From Squalus acanthias (taxonomy: Eukaryota), in the NCBI GenBank assembly GCA_030390025.1, contig CM059432.1:14386001-14450000 (forward strand): a stretch of DNA of 64,000 bases, read 5' to 3'. Under the pieces are notes generated by a model. The model ran no database searches and had not been told where the DNA came from. It saw only the letters and a list, made by a program, of their open reading frames with translations. The number at the start of each line of letters is the position of its first letter. The first letter of the stretch is position 1. The position numbers and the translations under genes were made by a program. Below are positions 28,199 through 41,551 of this stretch, piece after piece.

Positions 28199-28775
28199 AT
28201 GCAATGTTCCCTTTAAGCAGCCGCGCAGCTCTCTGCACCTCGGCGATCGCCGGCTTTTCAACGCGAAAAACCGCGCATGCGCATTATTTTGGTTGGCCCG
28301 CGCACCCCCCAAAAAAAATCGTTAATGGGAACATTGCCCTCTGTATTCACGGCGAGCCCTCCCCGACACCCCCACCCACCGCCCTCAGCAAGTGGTGAGC
28401 GTCCAGCGTCCAGAGGCCAGGATACGCATGGTGGGACCGTCGCGGCAACACCAGGACTGAAAACAGCACCAATTCTATAACTGAAGGCCTTGGCTGAGAC
28501 CTGGCAGGTAAGGGACTGGAGTGAAATGGGCAGGGAGCGGCCGGACATTCCACCGGGGGGGGGAGGGATGGCCAGCAGCTGTCCCAGCAGGTGCGGAGCG
28601 GGAAAAGTGAGGCCAGGCTGAGGAGGCGGCTGCAGGTGTCACCACCCTCTGCTACTCCCCCCCGCTTTTCCCAGCGTTTGATGTGGGAATGTGTCAAGTT
28701 GATGTGGATAAATTTTGCTTTTGTCTATTTATATCCCTTATGAAGGTGGCATTTAAAATTAAAATAATGTATGTT

Positions 28776-29160
28776 AGGGTGGCCTGATAGAGGTCTTTAA
28801 GATTATGAAAGGGCTTGATAGGGCAGAAGATGTTGCCACTTGTGGGGGAGACAAGAACTGTGGGCCATAAATATAAAATAGTTATTAATAAATCCAATTG
28901 GGACTTCAGGAGAAAGTTCTTTACCCAGAGTGTGGTTAGAATGTGGAACTCGTTACCACAAGGAGTAGTTGAGGTGAATAGCACAGATACATTTAAGGGG
29001 AAGCTAGATAAACAAACACATGAGGGAGAAAGGAAAAGAAGATGTTGATGGGGTGAGATGAAGAGGGGTGGGAGGAGGCTCGAGTGGAGCATAAACACCA
29101 GCACGGGCCTGTTGGGCCGAATGGCCTGTTTCTGTGCTGTTAATGCTATGTAATACTATA
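28776..29160 (+). mobile_element. CR1 3' end
   Basis: RRKFFTQSVVRMWNSLPQGVVE; same family as 1810-2405 and 61555-62352. Confidence 0.85.
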
Positions 29161-29289
29161 ATTGATGTGATAACACAAAGATTCTTTCCCTCTCCAGCAC
29201 AAAGAAAATTGGCCATACCTACATAACAACAGCACTTTAAAGTAATTCATTGTCTGCAAAGTGCGTTGGGATGACGATGGCAACTTCAC

Positions 29290-29585
29290 AGGGGAAGGCA
29301 GCAAGAGAAGCCGAGTCTTTGTGGAGCAGTTAAGGTGAGCCAGCCACTCGGCCACAGAGATGTTCTCAGGAGGTTTAGGGAGGGAGTTCCAGAGAATAGA
29401 TCGACAGCAGGTTTTGCCACGGATGGTGGAGCAAGGGGGGTTGAGGTGCAAAGAGAACAACAGTCAGAGGACCAGAGGGAATGGGCGTGAGAAGATTGCA
29501 AGGTAGAGTGGGGTGAGGCCATGGGGGGATATATTGACAAGAATGGGGATTTTACATTCCATGTATCGGGGGCAGGGGGCCGTGT
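29290..29585 (-). mobile_element. Degraded L2 3' fragment
   Basis: Diverged match to 18333-18780 (ggtttagggagggagttccaga, gaggccatgg). Confidence 0.55.
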
Positions 29586-30767
29586 CGTTCGTGGCAAGAT
29601 ATAATATAAAATGCAATTTGTCTTTCTGTCTAATCCTATTTAAAGTACTGCAGTATATAACAGTGTTTAAGATGAAAATCTGAGCCTAGTATTTTGTATT
29701 TTGCTTTATTTTTAAGTCATTATCAAGCTTTCAATTATACTGCTCTCTCAGTTAGAGAGGGTTACTGACGCTTGGCTCTGTACATTTTCTGGTTACATTC
29801 TTTGCGGTTATGATATGTTCCAGTTTCGCACCTCATTACGATGCAGGGAATATTTGGCCTCCAAGGGTCATGTTCTAATGAAGACGCAACATGTAAAATA
29901 CCAGCGGCATTAATTTCCACACCGGTTCTCCATCTACGCCATTTCTCCAGGGTCTCCGTGGATCTTTCACTGAAGTTAAAACGGTCGATTGGGAGAAATT
30001 CAACCCTCAGTCCTGCTTCAACTTGTGAAGAAAGCCTTTCGAACTTTAGAATTTGTTGCTCATGCACCATGCTGCCTTTTTCCAAGCAACCCATCTGTAG
30101 AACTGGTACAACCCACAGCTTCAGAGAGATTTGTTTCGCTTTAAAATTCGTACTGGAAAGTAGACAGACTGCTTTATGGCCTCAGAGCAGGAACATGCAA
30201 AGGGGGCTCCCCAAGGGCTAAAATTTTAATGATTGCTCTTCCCCTATTTTGCCTCCCCTCTTTTAATGCATTACACTGGACTGGAAAGGTGGCCAGGCAA
30301 CACTGCTCCATGGACAGTGCAAAGGCCTAACTGTAGTTGACCTCTAAGAGATATGCCAGAACGCCCTGTGTTGACTTCAGTTTTCCCTTCTGTTGCTAGG
30401 CAGATACGTGTGGCTTACACTCAGCTCCTCCCTGGCAGTCAGGTTGAGATCATGAACTTGACATGTGGGGAATGCTCGGGATTCCTTCACACTTCCACTG
30501 ACTGCCAATGCGCATACAGAAAAGAATGTGCGCTGGCAGGTTGTCACAACATAATATATCCTTACGTCCCTCAGTCTTCCCTTTTCTCCTACAATGTACT
30601 TGGCATTTAAAACCCCAATTTTAACATCACTACTCACTACCTCTTGATTTACTTTGCCTTTCTCCTGCTGTTTCAAATTTGCTGGCGTCCGTACTGCAGA
30701 CTCTGAACCTAATTTCCCTTTATGGATAGAGATGTCAGGGCCTTCAACATAATGAAGCCTTAGACAA

Positions 30768-31320
30768 TCATAGAATCATCGAATCATAGAAAGTTACAGC
30801 ACGGAAGGAGGCCATTTCGGCCCATCGTGTCCGCGCCGGCCAACAAAGAGCTATCCAGCCTAATCCCACTTCCCAGCTCTTGGTCCGTAGCCCTGCAGGT
30901 TACAGCATCACAAGTGCACATCCAAGTACTTTTTAAATGTGATGAAGGTTCCCGCCTCTACCACCCTTTCAGGCAGTGAGTTCCAGACCCCCACAACCCT
31001 CTGGGTGAAGAAATTTCCCCTCAAATCCCCTCTAAACCTTCCCCCAATTACTTTAAATCTGTGCCCCCTGGTTTTTGACCCCTCTGCTAAGGGAAATAGG
31101 TCCTTTCTATCCACTTTATCTAGGCCCCTCATAATTTTATACACCTCAATAAGGTCTCCCCTCAGCCTCCTCTGTTCCAAGGAAAACAGACCCAACCTGT
31201 CCAGTCTTTCCTCATAGCTAAGATTCTCTTCTCCCGGCAACATCCTTGTAAATCTCCTCTGTACCCTCTCTAGTGCAATCGCATCTTTCCTGTAATGTGG
31301 TGACCAGAACTGCACGCAAC
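30768..31320 (-). mobile_element. CR1 3' fragment, same family as 7120-10838
   Basis: ORF 30908..31447 CVQFWSPHYRKD..LERVQRRFTRMLPG...FFTQRVVGVWNSLP; (attctatg)n tail. Confidence 0.92.
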
Positions 31321-31942
31321 TCGGAGCTTTGCTGATGCAGAGGCTAAGCAACGCCCAGATTAAATTTACAGCTTTGTGCAGCGTTGGTTCATACTTGAAA
31401 GTGCATCTTATGCCCTGATATTTAACTATTCTTAGGATCCTGGCCACATATTAGACAAATACCATGTACTGTACATGGTTATAAATAAACTAAGTCCAGC
31501 ATGTCATACACCATTTTACCCTCACAGGTGAAACCAATAATTTCACCAGCAAGAGGTCAAGGTCACAACGTTGAACGATGAGCAATCCTGAACTGCAGTA
31601 TGAAATGTGTGGCTGTGTGATTGCTCACGGATGTGGGTGAGAGTGCACAGCAGAGACACTGTGAGACCCGTGGTGCTTTTATTGCATTCCTTCTGAATCC
31701 TATTTTGTCTCGTGTGAGCATGTAGGAGGGGACGACAATCTCCAAGCTCACAGAGCAGCCCTGTGCTTAATCTTCCCTTGTATTCTTGCAGACCTTGATC
31801 TGTGGCAATGCCCACAGCTGGTTCCAGCCTTCATGATGTGTTGCTGTCTATTGCTGATAAATCAGAAATATTTGCCACAAAAACAGGATTGCGCTGTTTA
31901 GATAACTGAAAATCAGAGAATTCCTCACCATTGATAAAGGAA

Positions 31943-32320
31943 AAAAGAAAGACTTGCATTTATGTAGCGCCTTCCATGACGTCCCAAAGCACTTTACAGC
32001 CAATGAAGTACTTTTTGAAGTGTAGTCACTGTTGTAATGTAGGAAACGCGGCAGCCAAAATTGCGCACAGCAAGCTCCCACAAACAGCAACGTGATAATG
32101 ACCAGATAATCTGTTTTAGTGATGTTGACCTGGGAGAGCAGACGGGGCCTCAGTTTAACGTCTCATCCGAAAGATGGCACCTCCGACAGTGCAGCACTCC
32201 CTCAGCACTGCACCGGAGTGTCAGCCTAGATTTTTGCGCTCAAGTTCTCTGGAGTGGGACTTGAACCCACAACCTTCTGACTCAGAGGGGTGGGTGCTAA
32301 AAACTGAGCCACAGCTGACA
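31943..32320 (-). mobile_element. Deu-domain SINE with internal deletion
   Basis: Co-linear with 361-790; A- and B-boxes intact. Confidence 0.85.
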
Positions 32321-32724
32321 CTAGTACACCAAGCCAGTAACACGCATCAAGGATATTATATTAGTGTACAGTTTATTTTTGAGACGCCCTTTTCATATTT
32401 TGCAGGTTCATAACAAAGGATCTGACATATTAGAGAGTTTTACAGAGCAGGCTGGGGGCAGGTTTCTCTCTTAGTGAGAGAGCCATGAACAATGTGACTT
32501 GAATCCTGCTGTGGAACTCAAAGCATTACAATAAGAGCTTTTACTTGGCATTTTACAAATGGGAATTTTATTGAGATTTGTCAAAGGGTGTGTTACAAAT
32601 ACGTTTTCCAGAGCATATACAGTGCAGCAGGGGGTATTTTATAGGGTGCGTACATTACGGAGAGGGGCATATTACAGATAGATGTGTTTTACAGAGAATA
32701 TACTTTGCAGCCAGGAGTATTTAT

Positions 32725-33025
32725 TTTTATTTGTTTGTGGGATGTGGATGTCGCTGGCAAGGCCAGCATTTATTGCCCATCCCTAATTGCCCTCGAGAAG
32801 GTGGTGGTGAGCCGCCTTCTTGAACCGCTGCAGTCCGTGTGGTGAAGGTGCTCCCACAGTGCTGTTAGGTAGGGAGTTCAAGGATTTTGACCCAGCGACG
32901 ATGAAGGATCGGCGATATACTTCTAAGTCAGGATGGTATGTAACTTGGAGGGGAACTTGGAGGTGGTGGTGTTCCCATGCGCCTGCTGCCCTTGTCCTTC
33001 TAGGTGGAAGAGGTCATGGGTTTGG
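32725..33025 (-). mobile_element. LINE 3' end (family distinct from the CR1/L2 copies)
   Basis: Reverse complement of the tail at 6986-7078, extended upstream. Confidence 0.65.
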
Positions 33026-34033
33026 CGGGGGGGGGGGTCTACCTTACAGAGAAGGGTGTATTACATAGAGAGGAGTTTTACAGTGGAAATACATTGCACA
33101 GAGAGACATTTTATATGCTTTACAAACTGGTGTGCAGAGAGGGGTGCATTCAGAAGTGCATTCAGAAGTGTCTCTGTTAATGAGGGAACTGTTTTAAAAA
33201 AATGCATCGTACACAAGGTTATGGTGTATCAGAGTGTGGTGTACTGAGGAGACTACAGTACTGAAACTTCAGACAGGGTTGATTAATCTTCAGCGAAGAA
33301 CATGAAAAAGCCTTTTGTAAAACTTAAGGGTATGATACTGGAGTCACAAACTAGCTTGTAGCTCACATTCTCTGCATTGCTGTAACCCTACTCTTCACAG
33401 TGGTTGAACTGGCTGCATATGTTATACGTTTTGAAGATGCCACTGAACTACTGAGCATATGATGCTCAGTTAAACTGTCAGATACTGCAAGGCAACCCAG
33501 CCTGGGGCAAGTACTATAAAGTAGCTATCTCCTGCTGAGGTAACTTCACCTCCTGATGGCTCGAGTCCAGCAAATAGCCAGTGTTGGTAATCCAAGAGCC
33601 CATGTCGCTCTCAAGTTTCCAGCCAGCTGCATGGATGCATGGAGACAAGCAGCTAAAAATACTGGGGAACGAACAAAAAGAAAGCAATTGGACAAAGCCC
33701 AGGAGATATGGGGCCCCTTCCTAAAGACCAGCCTCCTACTGACCCCAAGCACCTCAGCCACCAGCCCCTCTGAGCAGTAACGAGCTGGGCCCAGTATCGA
33801 GCAACTCTACTCCAGTATACAGTTATTTAGTATTTTACATGACCTCAATGTATGTAACCGTGTAATTCGTAACATAGCATGTACTCTATCAAACCATCAC
33901 CTGAGACAACGTTTTGCTGTCGGCAAGGAGATATGCCCACTGGGAACACACGCTCGAAATTTAGGCGTGCAAAATTCCGGTTGGGAAATTGTGCACAGCA
34001 CTTCCCCAAATTTCTAACGTACATTCCTGATGC

Positions 34034-34598
34034 CAAGTCTCTCCGCCAACGTTGCAAGGTCGGAAAGTGACCGCAAGTCTCCCTGCCAACGTCGCAAGGT
34101 CGGAAAGTGACCGCAAGTCTCTCCGCCAACATTGCAAGGTCGGAAAGTGACCGCAAGTCTCCCCGCCAACATTGCAAGGTCGGAAAGTGACCGCAAGTCT
34201 CTCCGCCAACATTGCAAGGTCGGAAAGTGACCGCAAGTCTCCCCGCCAACATTGCAAGGTCGGAAAGTGACCGCAAGTCTCCCCACCAACAGTGCAAGGT
34301 TGGAAAGTGACACCAGGTCTCCCCACCAACAGTGCAAGGTTGGAAAGTGACACCAGGTCTCCCACGCCAACAGTGCAAGGTCGGAAAGTGACACCAGGTC
34401 TCCCCACCAACAGTGTAATGTCAGAAAGTGACCGCAAGTCTCCCCGTCAACATTGCAAGGTCGGAAAGTGACCGCAAGTCTCCCCGCCAACATTGCAAGG
34501 TCGGAAAGTGACCGCAAGTCTCCCCACCAACATTGCAAGTTCGAAAAGTGACACCAGGTCTCCCCCCCCAACAGTGTAATGTCGGAAAGTGACCGCAA
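34034..34598. repeat. Minisatellite, 40-bp unit, about 14 copies
   Basis: Unit caagtctccccgccaacattgcaaggtcggaaagtgaccg in direct tandem, with two subtypes. Confidence 0.95.
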
Positions 34599-35624
34599 GG
34601 TGTAAACTTCTTGTAAAAATAAAGGAAAGGGATAATGTTAATCTATTAAAGGCTGCACTGACCTGAGACAATGAATCGCCTTCAACTGCATACACTTTTG
34701 AGGTATGTGTGAGCTGCCAATTTGTTTTTCGCATTAGTATCCACGTGAAAGTTGGCAGCTAGCGAAGTGTCCTGATCAGTGGGTTTCAAAAACACAACTG
34801 ACGTTTCAAGGATATTAAACCCCTTTCATCCCTGAGGTAATTTAAAAAAAAAATTAAAATCAAAAAAATAATAAAAATCTAGTTTGGTATTTTGTTGGTA
34901 CATTCTGATGGAATTTGTTTTGGTCTCATTCCGAAGTGGCCTCAAATTGGTTTCAGTGTCAATAAGCCGCACAGACTGACACAGCACAGCAAACACGCTG
35001 AGCAGGGTCTGATCATCACTGAGAAAGATTCACATTTGTCCTGGGTAACAATGACGTGACAAAGAGTATACTGGGAATTTTGGGTCCAGTTTCTTAAAGT
35101 TTCTGGGACCAATGATGGGACCAACTGGATGGCTTTTCGAAAGAGTCGCCGCAGACTCGGTGGGCCGAATGGTCTGCTTCTGTGCTGTACTACTCTATGA
35201 TTCTATGTTATTAATAATTTAAAACAAGAACAAATTATTTCTTCCGGACCCAAAATGGCTCCCACAGATATTATCCGAAGCACAGGGTTAGCTAACCTGG
35301 GTTTAGTAAGCTGCAAGGAAGTTGTGCGAGGGGAGTTGCATTCTTTTGTAAGATTACATTCTTTTAAATGATGTTCTCATCGCTATCTCAATTATGGTGA
35401 AGCATCCCATGGTCTAATAGCCCTCAGTTCAAGTACCTTCCTTCCAGTGAGAATCTTCGGTCTCTGTCCCCTTGTTCTCCATTCTCCCAACAGTGTTTAT
35501 TCACAGTAAAGTCCCCAGGTTTCATTCACACTTCACTGGATGCTCCTCTCACTGCGCTGCTCCCACTCATCACGTTGCTGCTGCTACTCCCGGTTCTGCA
35601 GAAAATGCTGGCCCCTACGCCAAC

Positions 35625-36685
35625 CCCATTACTCAGTCTCCCTCTCTCCACCCTGCTCGAGCCCCAATCCTCCGACCCCCAGTCTCCCTCTCTCCCATCC
35701 CCCGACCCCCATTCCCCAGTCTCCCTGTGTCCCCATCCCCTAAACTCCACCCCCACTCTCCATTCTCCCTCTCTCCCCATCCCCTAAACTGCAACCCCCA
35801 ACACCCATTCTCCCACTCTCCCTGACCCCATTCCCCCTTCTCCCTCTGTCCCCGACCCCCATTCCCCAGTCTCCCTCTCTCCCCATCCCTAAACTCCACC
35901 CCCGAACTCCATTCTCCCTCTCTCCCCGACTTCCATTCTCCATCTCTCCCTGACCCACATTCCCCAGTCTCCCTCTGTCCCCATCCCCCATGACCATTCC
36001 CCAGTCTCCCTCTCTCCCCGACCCCCATTCCCCCTTCTCCTTGTCCCCGACCCGATTCCCCAATCTCCGTGTCCCTATCCCTAAACTGCAACCCCCAACC
36101 CCCATTCGCCCTCTCTCCCTAACCCCATTCCCCCTTTGTCCCCATCGCTAAACTGCAACCCCCAGCCCCCATTCGCCCTCTCTCCCTGACCCCATTCCCC
36201 CTTCTCCCTCTGTCTCCATCCCTAAACTCCATCCCCCGACCCCCATTCTCCCTCTCTCCCCGACCCCCATTCCACCTTCTCCCTGTCGCCGACCCCCATT
36301 TCCCAGTCTCCCTCTCTCCCCATCCCCTAAACTCCATCCCCCGACCCCCATTCTCCCTCTCTCCCCGACCCCCATTCCATCTTCTCCCTGTCGCCGACCC
36401 CCATCCTTTAAACTCCATCCCCCGACCTCCATTCTCCCTCTCTCCCGACCCCCATTCTCCATCTCTCCCTGACCCCCATTCCCCAGTCTCCCTCTCTCCC
36501 CATCCCCATGACCATTCTCCAGTCTGCCTCTCTCCCCATCCCCCATGACCATTCCCCAGTCTGCCTCTCTCCCCATCCCCCATGACCATTCCCCAGTCAC
36601 CGTCTCTCCCCATCCTCTAAACTTCTTCCCCAACCCCCATTCGCCCTCATCCCCCATTCCCTAGTCTCCTTCTCTCTCCCCGACT
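35625..36685. repeat. C-rich complex tandem repeat (G-rich on minus strand), about 1.05 kb
   Basis: Shuffled modules ccccattccccagtctccctctctccccatcccctaaactcc and ccgacccccattc. Confidence 0.9.
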
Positions 36686-36989
36686 GCCAAGCCCTTCGTG
36701 ACATCAGAGCCCCCTCATGACTCCCGAATGTTCCTGGCACACCAGCCGATCCCGGCTCTCTGTGGTGGTAGTGTGTGTGGGGGGTATGGGGGAGCAGGGA
36801 GGTGACATCATCGAGCCGGAAATTTAAAGCACGAAGATCTCCCAGGCTGCTAGCAACAGTGCCCGGAAAATCCATGCCTCATTCCGGGAGACTTCTGAGC
36901 TTTCTGGGATGGTTGGCAACTTTAGTTCCACCTTCAGCTGCACATCAAGACCCAAATCCAATCCATCATCAAGACTGCACAATCTGAAT

Positions 36990-37940
36990 ATTGCCTACAG
37001 CAAATTGGGTTTTATAAATGAGAACACAGAGTGTAAGAGTATTGAAGTAATGATAAATTTGCACAAAAAAGTGGTTAGGCTACAGAGTATTATGTGCAGT
37101 TTTTAGATACCCTATTATAAAAAGTATATTATAGCCATAGAGAGCATACAGTGTAGATTCACCAGAATGATGCCAGGGATGGAAAACTGTAGTTAGGAGA
37201 AGAGACTTGAGATGTTGGGACTATTTCTAATGGAGCAGAGAAGGCTAAAAGAGATTTAGTAGAGGTTTCTAAAATTATGTAGGATTTTTATAGAGTACAT
37301 AGGGAAATGCTATTTCTTCTGGTTGGGGAGTCAGCGACAAAGGGATATCATATTAAAATTGTCACTAAGAGAATGGGCAGAGACGTTAGAAGAAATGTCT
37401 TTACTCAGAGGGTTGTTGGAGCATGGAATGCTTCACCACAGGGAGTGATTCAGGCAGATACATCTTTTAAGGGAAAGTTAATTGAATAGTTGAAGCAGAG
37501 AAAGATACAGGACTACGGGGAGAGAGCAGGCAGTGGGATTACATACAAACATGAGAAATAGGAGCAGGAATAGGCCATTCAGCCCCTTGAGCCTGCTCCG
37601 TCATTCAATCAAATCATGGCTGAACTACATCAACTCCACTTTCCTGCTTGATCCCCATATCCCTTGATTTCCCTTAGTGCCCAAAAATCTATCGATCTCT
37701 GTCTTGAATATACTCATCGACTGAGTCTCCACAGCCCTCTGGGGTAGAGAATTCCAAAGATTCACAACTCTCTAGAGTGAAGATATTTCTCCTCATCTCA
37801 GTCTTAAATGGCCGACCCCTTATCCTGAGACTATGACCCCTAGTTCTAGACTCTCCAGCCAGTATTGCTTTGCATTGCTCCAACAAAATGCCAGGATAGA
37901 CGGATGGACCGAATGGGCTACTTCGGTGGTTCTATGGTTT
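36990..37940 (+). mobile_element. Degraded CR1 3' fragment (+) with a younger CR1 3' end (-) inserted at about 37545-37862
   Basis: RNVFTQRVVGAWNASPQ on plus; SRTRGHSLRIRGRPFKTEMRRN on minus; the plus-strand 3' UTR resumes at about 37863. Confidence 0.8.
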
Positions 37941-38316
37941 TAAGCTGAGAGACACAGACAAACACGAGAGAGAGAAAGAGAAAGAGAGAGAAAGAAAGAG
38001 TGAGAGATGCGCATTCCTATTGTCTATATTTACAATTTGAAAACAAATGCCTGTTCTCAGATTTGTTTATCCATTTGCATGGTGGGTGAGACATTAATTA
38101 TTTGCTGTTGAGTGGCGATCTCAGTGTACATTTTTATCCGGAAACAATAATAAAACTCAGAATTCAATGTCTGCAGAGATCTCTTAGCAAATTACAAACC
38201 AGTGCTGCCAGACTTGTGCCCTAGTCTCTCCCACCGGCCCACGCAGTGCTGAAAGACCCCCCAAAAATCTAGCCGTGTGCCAAAACCCACACACCACCAA
38301 TCAATTAGGCCAAACA

Positions 38317-38410
38317 AGGGTTTCGAGCTGAAACGTTAACTCTGTTTCTCTCTCCACGGATGTTGCCTGGCCTGCTGAGTTTTTCCAGCGTTTTCTGTTG
38401 TTGTTCCAGG
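38317..38410 (+). mobile_element. Penelope-like terminal fragment (family B) with partial hammerhead motif
   Basis: aagggtttcgagctgaaacgttaactctgtttc...cctgctgagtttttccagcg; homologous to 60360-60456. Confidence 0.6.
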
Positions 38411-38904
38411 TTCCACTCACTGTGTAAACTAACACGTGACGCTCACATACTGCAGTACCTCAGCAAGGTTCAGCGGAGGAAGGAAGAAGGAAGTCGGGGG
38501 GGGGTTGGGAGAATTCTAGTTTCCCTGCAGGTCATTTACAGACAGAAATCCAGGGATTAATCTTCACTGGCTGATAATGGGGTGCGATCATATGATAACG
38601 GGAGCCTGATGCACTTCAGGGATTATTAAGCCAAACACATCTGTACAGGATGAGACCCAACAGCCAATAATATCAGTGCATCGAGCTCGCACTCTCTGGG
38701 ACATTGGCCACAGAGGCCTGCAGTGCTGGAGGAGCTCTGGGCGTCTCCCGGTGTGGATGGTGAACGCAGAAGGAGCTTGACGACAGCACACAACTTCTGC
38801 ACTGGGCTTGTTCGACCACTGGCTTTCATTTAAATTAAGTGCTTGAGCAATGCTTCAAGCCGCACAGTACCCATTTGGAATTTATGCGGAAGGGAGGCTA
38901 ACTT

Positions 38905-39362
38905 TAAATTTAAACATTGGCTCCCGGTTAAGCAGCACCTCGATTTCAAAATTCTCATCCTTGTTTTCAAATCCCTCCATGGCCTCGCCCCTCCCTATCT
39001 CTGTAATCTCCTCCAGCCCCACAACGCCCCCCCCCCCCACCCCGAGATATCTGCGCTCCTCTAATTCTGCCCTCTTGAGCATCCCTGATTATAATCGCTC
39101 AACCATTGGTGGCCGCGCCTTCTGTTGCCGAGGCCCTAAGCTCTGGAATTCCCTGCCTAAACCTCTCCATCTCGCTACCTCTCTTTCCTCCTTTAAGACG
39201 CTCCTTAAAACCTATCTCTTTGACCAAGCTTTTGGTCACCTGCCCTAAGTTATCCTTATGTGGCTCGGTGTCAAATTTTTTGTCTTTAAAATACTCCTCT
39301 GCAGCGCCTTGGGACATTTTACTACGTTAAAGGCGCTATATAAATACAAGTTGTTGTTGTTG
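38905..39362 (+). mobile_element. L2 LINE 3' end
   Basis: HWLPVKQHLDFKILILVFKSLHGLAPPYL...KTYLFDQAF; (gtt)n tail. Confidence 0.9.
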
Positions 39363-39706
39363 TAAACAAAAAGCCGGCTCCTTTGCTCTTTGTCTCCCTC
39401 GCACCCAAACCCCCAGTGCCGGGTACTTACTATGCTTCCTCTGAACTTTGACCCCAAACACCTCCCCCAAGCCTCTGGGAAAGGTGAACGGGCAGCAGGA
39501 AGCCCTTCGCTAGCCTTGTTAATCAGGCCCTGACATTCTCGGCATGCTGCGAGAGGAGCTCAGGATGAACTATCGTCCCGATTTTCTTCAGTCAATCATA
39601 ATTTGTTCAGATTTTTGGCTTGACTGTAATGAAACGTTATTGGTCAGGTGCCAGTGAGTTACTTTTGGACACAGCAGGTGCTCTCAGATGACATCTGCTG
39701 TTGATG

Positions 39707-40160
39707 TGCGGTTCACCCATCATCCCTGTGCTCGTTGACCTACATTGGCTCCCAATCCGGCAACGCCTCGATTTTAAAATTCTCATCCTTGTTTTCAAAT
39801 CTCTCTATGGCCTCGCCCCCCCCTCCCTATCTCTGTAACCTCCTCAAGCCCTATAACCCTCCAAGGTCTCTGCGCTCCTCCAATTCTGGCCTCTTGCACA
39901 GCCCCAATTTTTATCGCATCACCACTGGCGGCTGCCTAGGCTCTAAGCTCTGGAATTCCCTCCCTAAACCACCTGGCTCTCTACCCCTCTCTCCTCCTAT
40001 AAGACGCTCCTCAAAACCTACCTCGTTAACCAAGCTTTTGATCACCTGTCCCAATATCTCCTTGTGACTCGATGTCAAATTTTATTTGATAACGCCCTGT
40101 GAAGCGCTTTGGGACATTTTACTACGTTAAAGGCATTATATCAATGCAAGTTGTTGTTGA
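39707..40160 (+). mobile_element. L2 LINE 3' end
   Basis: Co-linear with 38905-39362, more diverged. Confidence 0.85.
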
Positions 40161-41551
40161 TGGACCATGGGCACGATTTTATTTCCAAGGTGTGATTAAC
40201 TTGCTGAGAGCTTAAGAAAGGCCAACCTTTCCTACATTACAACAGTGACTCCACTTCAAAAGTACTTCATTGGCTGTAAAGCACTTTGGGACATCCTGAG
40301 GTTGTGAAAGGCACTATATAAATGCAAGTCTTTCACTCCCATCATCATAACTAACAGCAAGAGCAAAAAACTGCAGACTCCACCGTGGCTTCAACCTGAT
40401 AAATGGCGTGGGGAGCTCTTGGGAAGCCAAGACTGTTTCAATTTAATCTTGGATGGAGAACAGGTACGATTATCTGTCAAGTTGTACAATATATTTGTCT
40501 ATCAACTGTCACAAGATATTTACTGGAATAAATATCCAACTATTTCTTTGACAAGGTAGAATGAAATCCTTGTCACGTCCCTGAATCCGACACTGGGCCG
40601 TCACAGTCTGGTGGAAAGTTTACTTCCAGCATTCCCCCACTCAATAATCCTTTAGCTCTGATTTAACTCCAGTAGTGAACAGGTGGAATGTATCCCAAAT
40701 ATCGGAGTGGTGGCCACTGCTGTACTGTGACAGGCAGTACTAATCACAGTAAAATGTGACACTGTTGAATGGCTGCTGCTCTGAAGTGGTCGGCTTGAGC
40801 ACCAAGTCAGAACATTCCCCTGGCTGGAGCGAGCCACCACTTCCATCTTGATGCTAGTTAATTAAGACTTTCTCAAGACAGCTACGTAACTGCGTGTGCA
40901 GTTAGATAAGGGACTAAATGAACCTGGAGTCTTTATAGTACGGAATTCGGGAGAGAAATGGGGCTTTGCTGCATTCAGGGGGCTTTCACAGGATATCTCC
41001 TTATAGAAAGGACCACCACCTCCTCCCGTGCCCCCCACCACTAAAAAAAAAAGAAATGCAGGAAACACAATAGTCATACATATAAACATAAAGCCACTTT
41101 ACCAATGGTTCAGTGCGGAACTCAGTGGGATAAAGTCCAGGTTCGATCTCCAGGTTACACTGACTAACCTGATCTCAGGCAGGGCAGCACTCGGCACACT
41201 ACACTTGTCCCAGTACCCCTGGGTCTGGTGTGGATTCCCCATTCACTGTCTGGACTCACGCTTGGTCGAGGTACCAGATTGTGGCTAATGCCTGTGGAAT
41301 CGTACCCCAGCGTGAGTTAGCAGCTTCAGAAGAAGCAGAAAGATAAATGCAGACTTGAGTGGCGGCGGGCGGCGGGGGGGAATAAAAACAACATCTTAGC
41401 AGAATTCTTCCGAGAATTTGTTTGAATGTCTCTAGACATTGGCTAGAATCAATAATAGGGCTGAGAGCAGCATTTAAAAGAAACAACCTTACCTTATACT
41501 AACACATTTTAATTGAGAAAGCATGCCAATTATTTAGTAAAAACGATGTGC

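Noticed and set aside
29762..30094. ORF starting MGCLEKGS as an alternative lipid-anchored first exon
   Set aside because: No convincing phase-0 donor to reach the 26092 acceptor, a poor myristoylation consensus, and no recognisable homology.
34034..34598. CRISPR-like array or repeat-protein gene
   Set aside because: Units abut with no unique spacers, there are no cas genes, and the context is a vertebrate intron. The ORFs arise from a stop-free unit.
35633..36657. Gly/Arg/Glu-rich ORFs
   Set aside because: By-products of a low-complexity G-rich repeat that is open in several frames.
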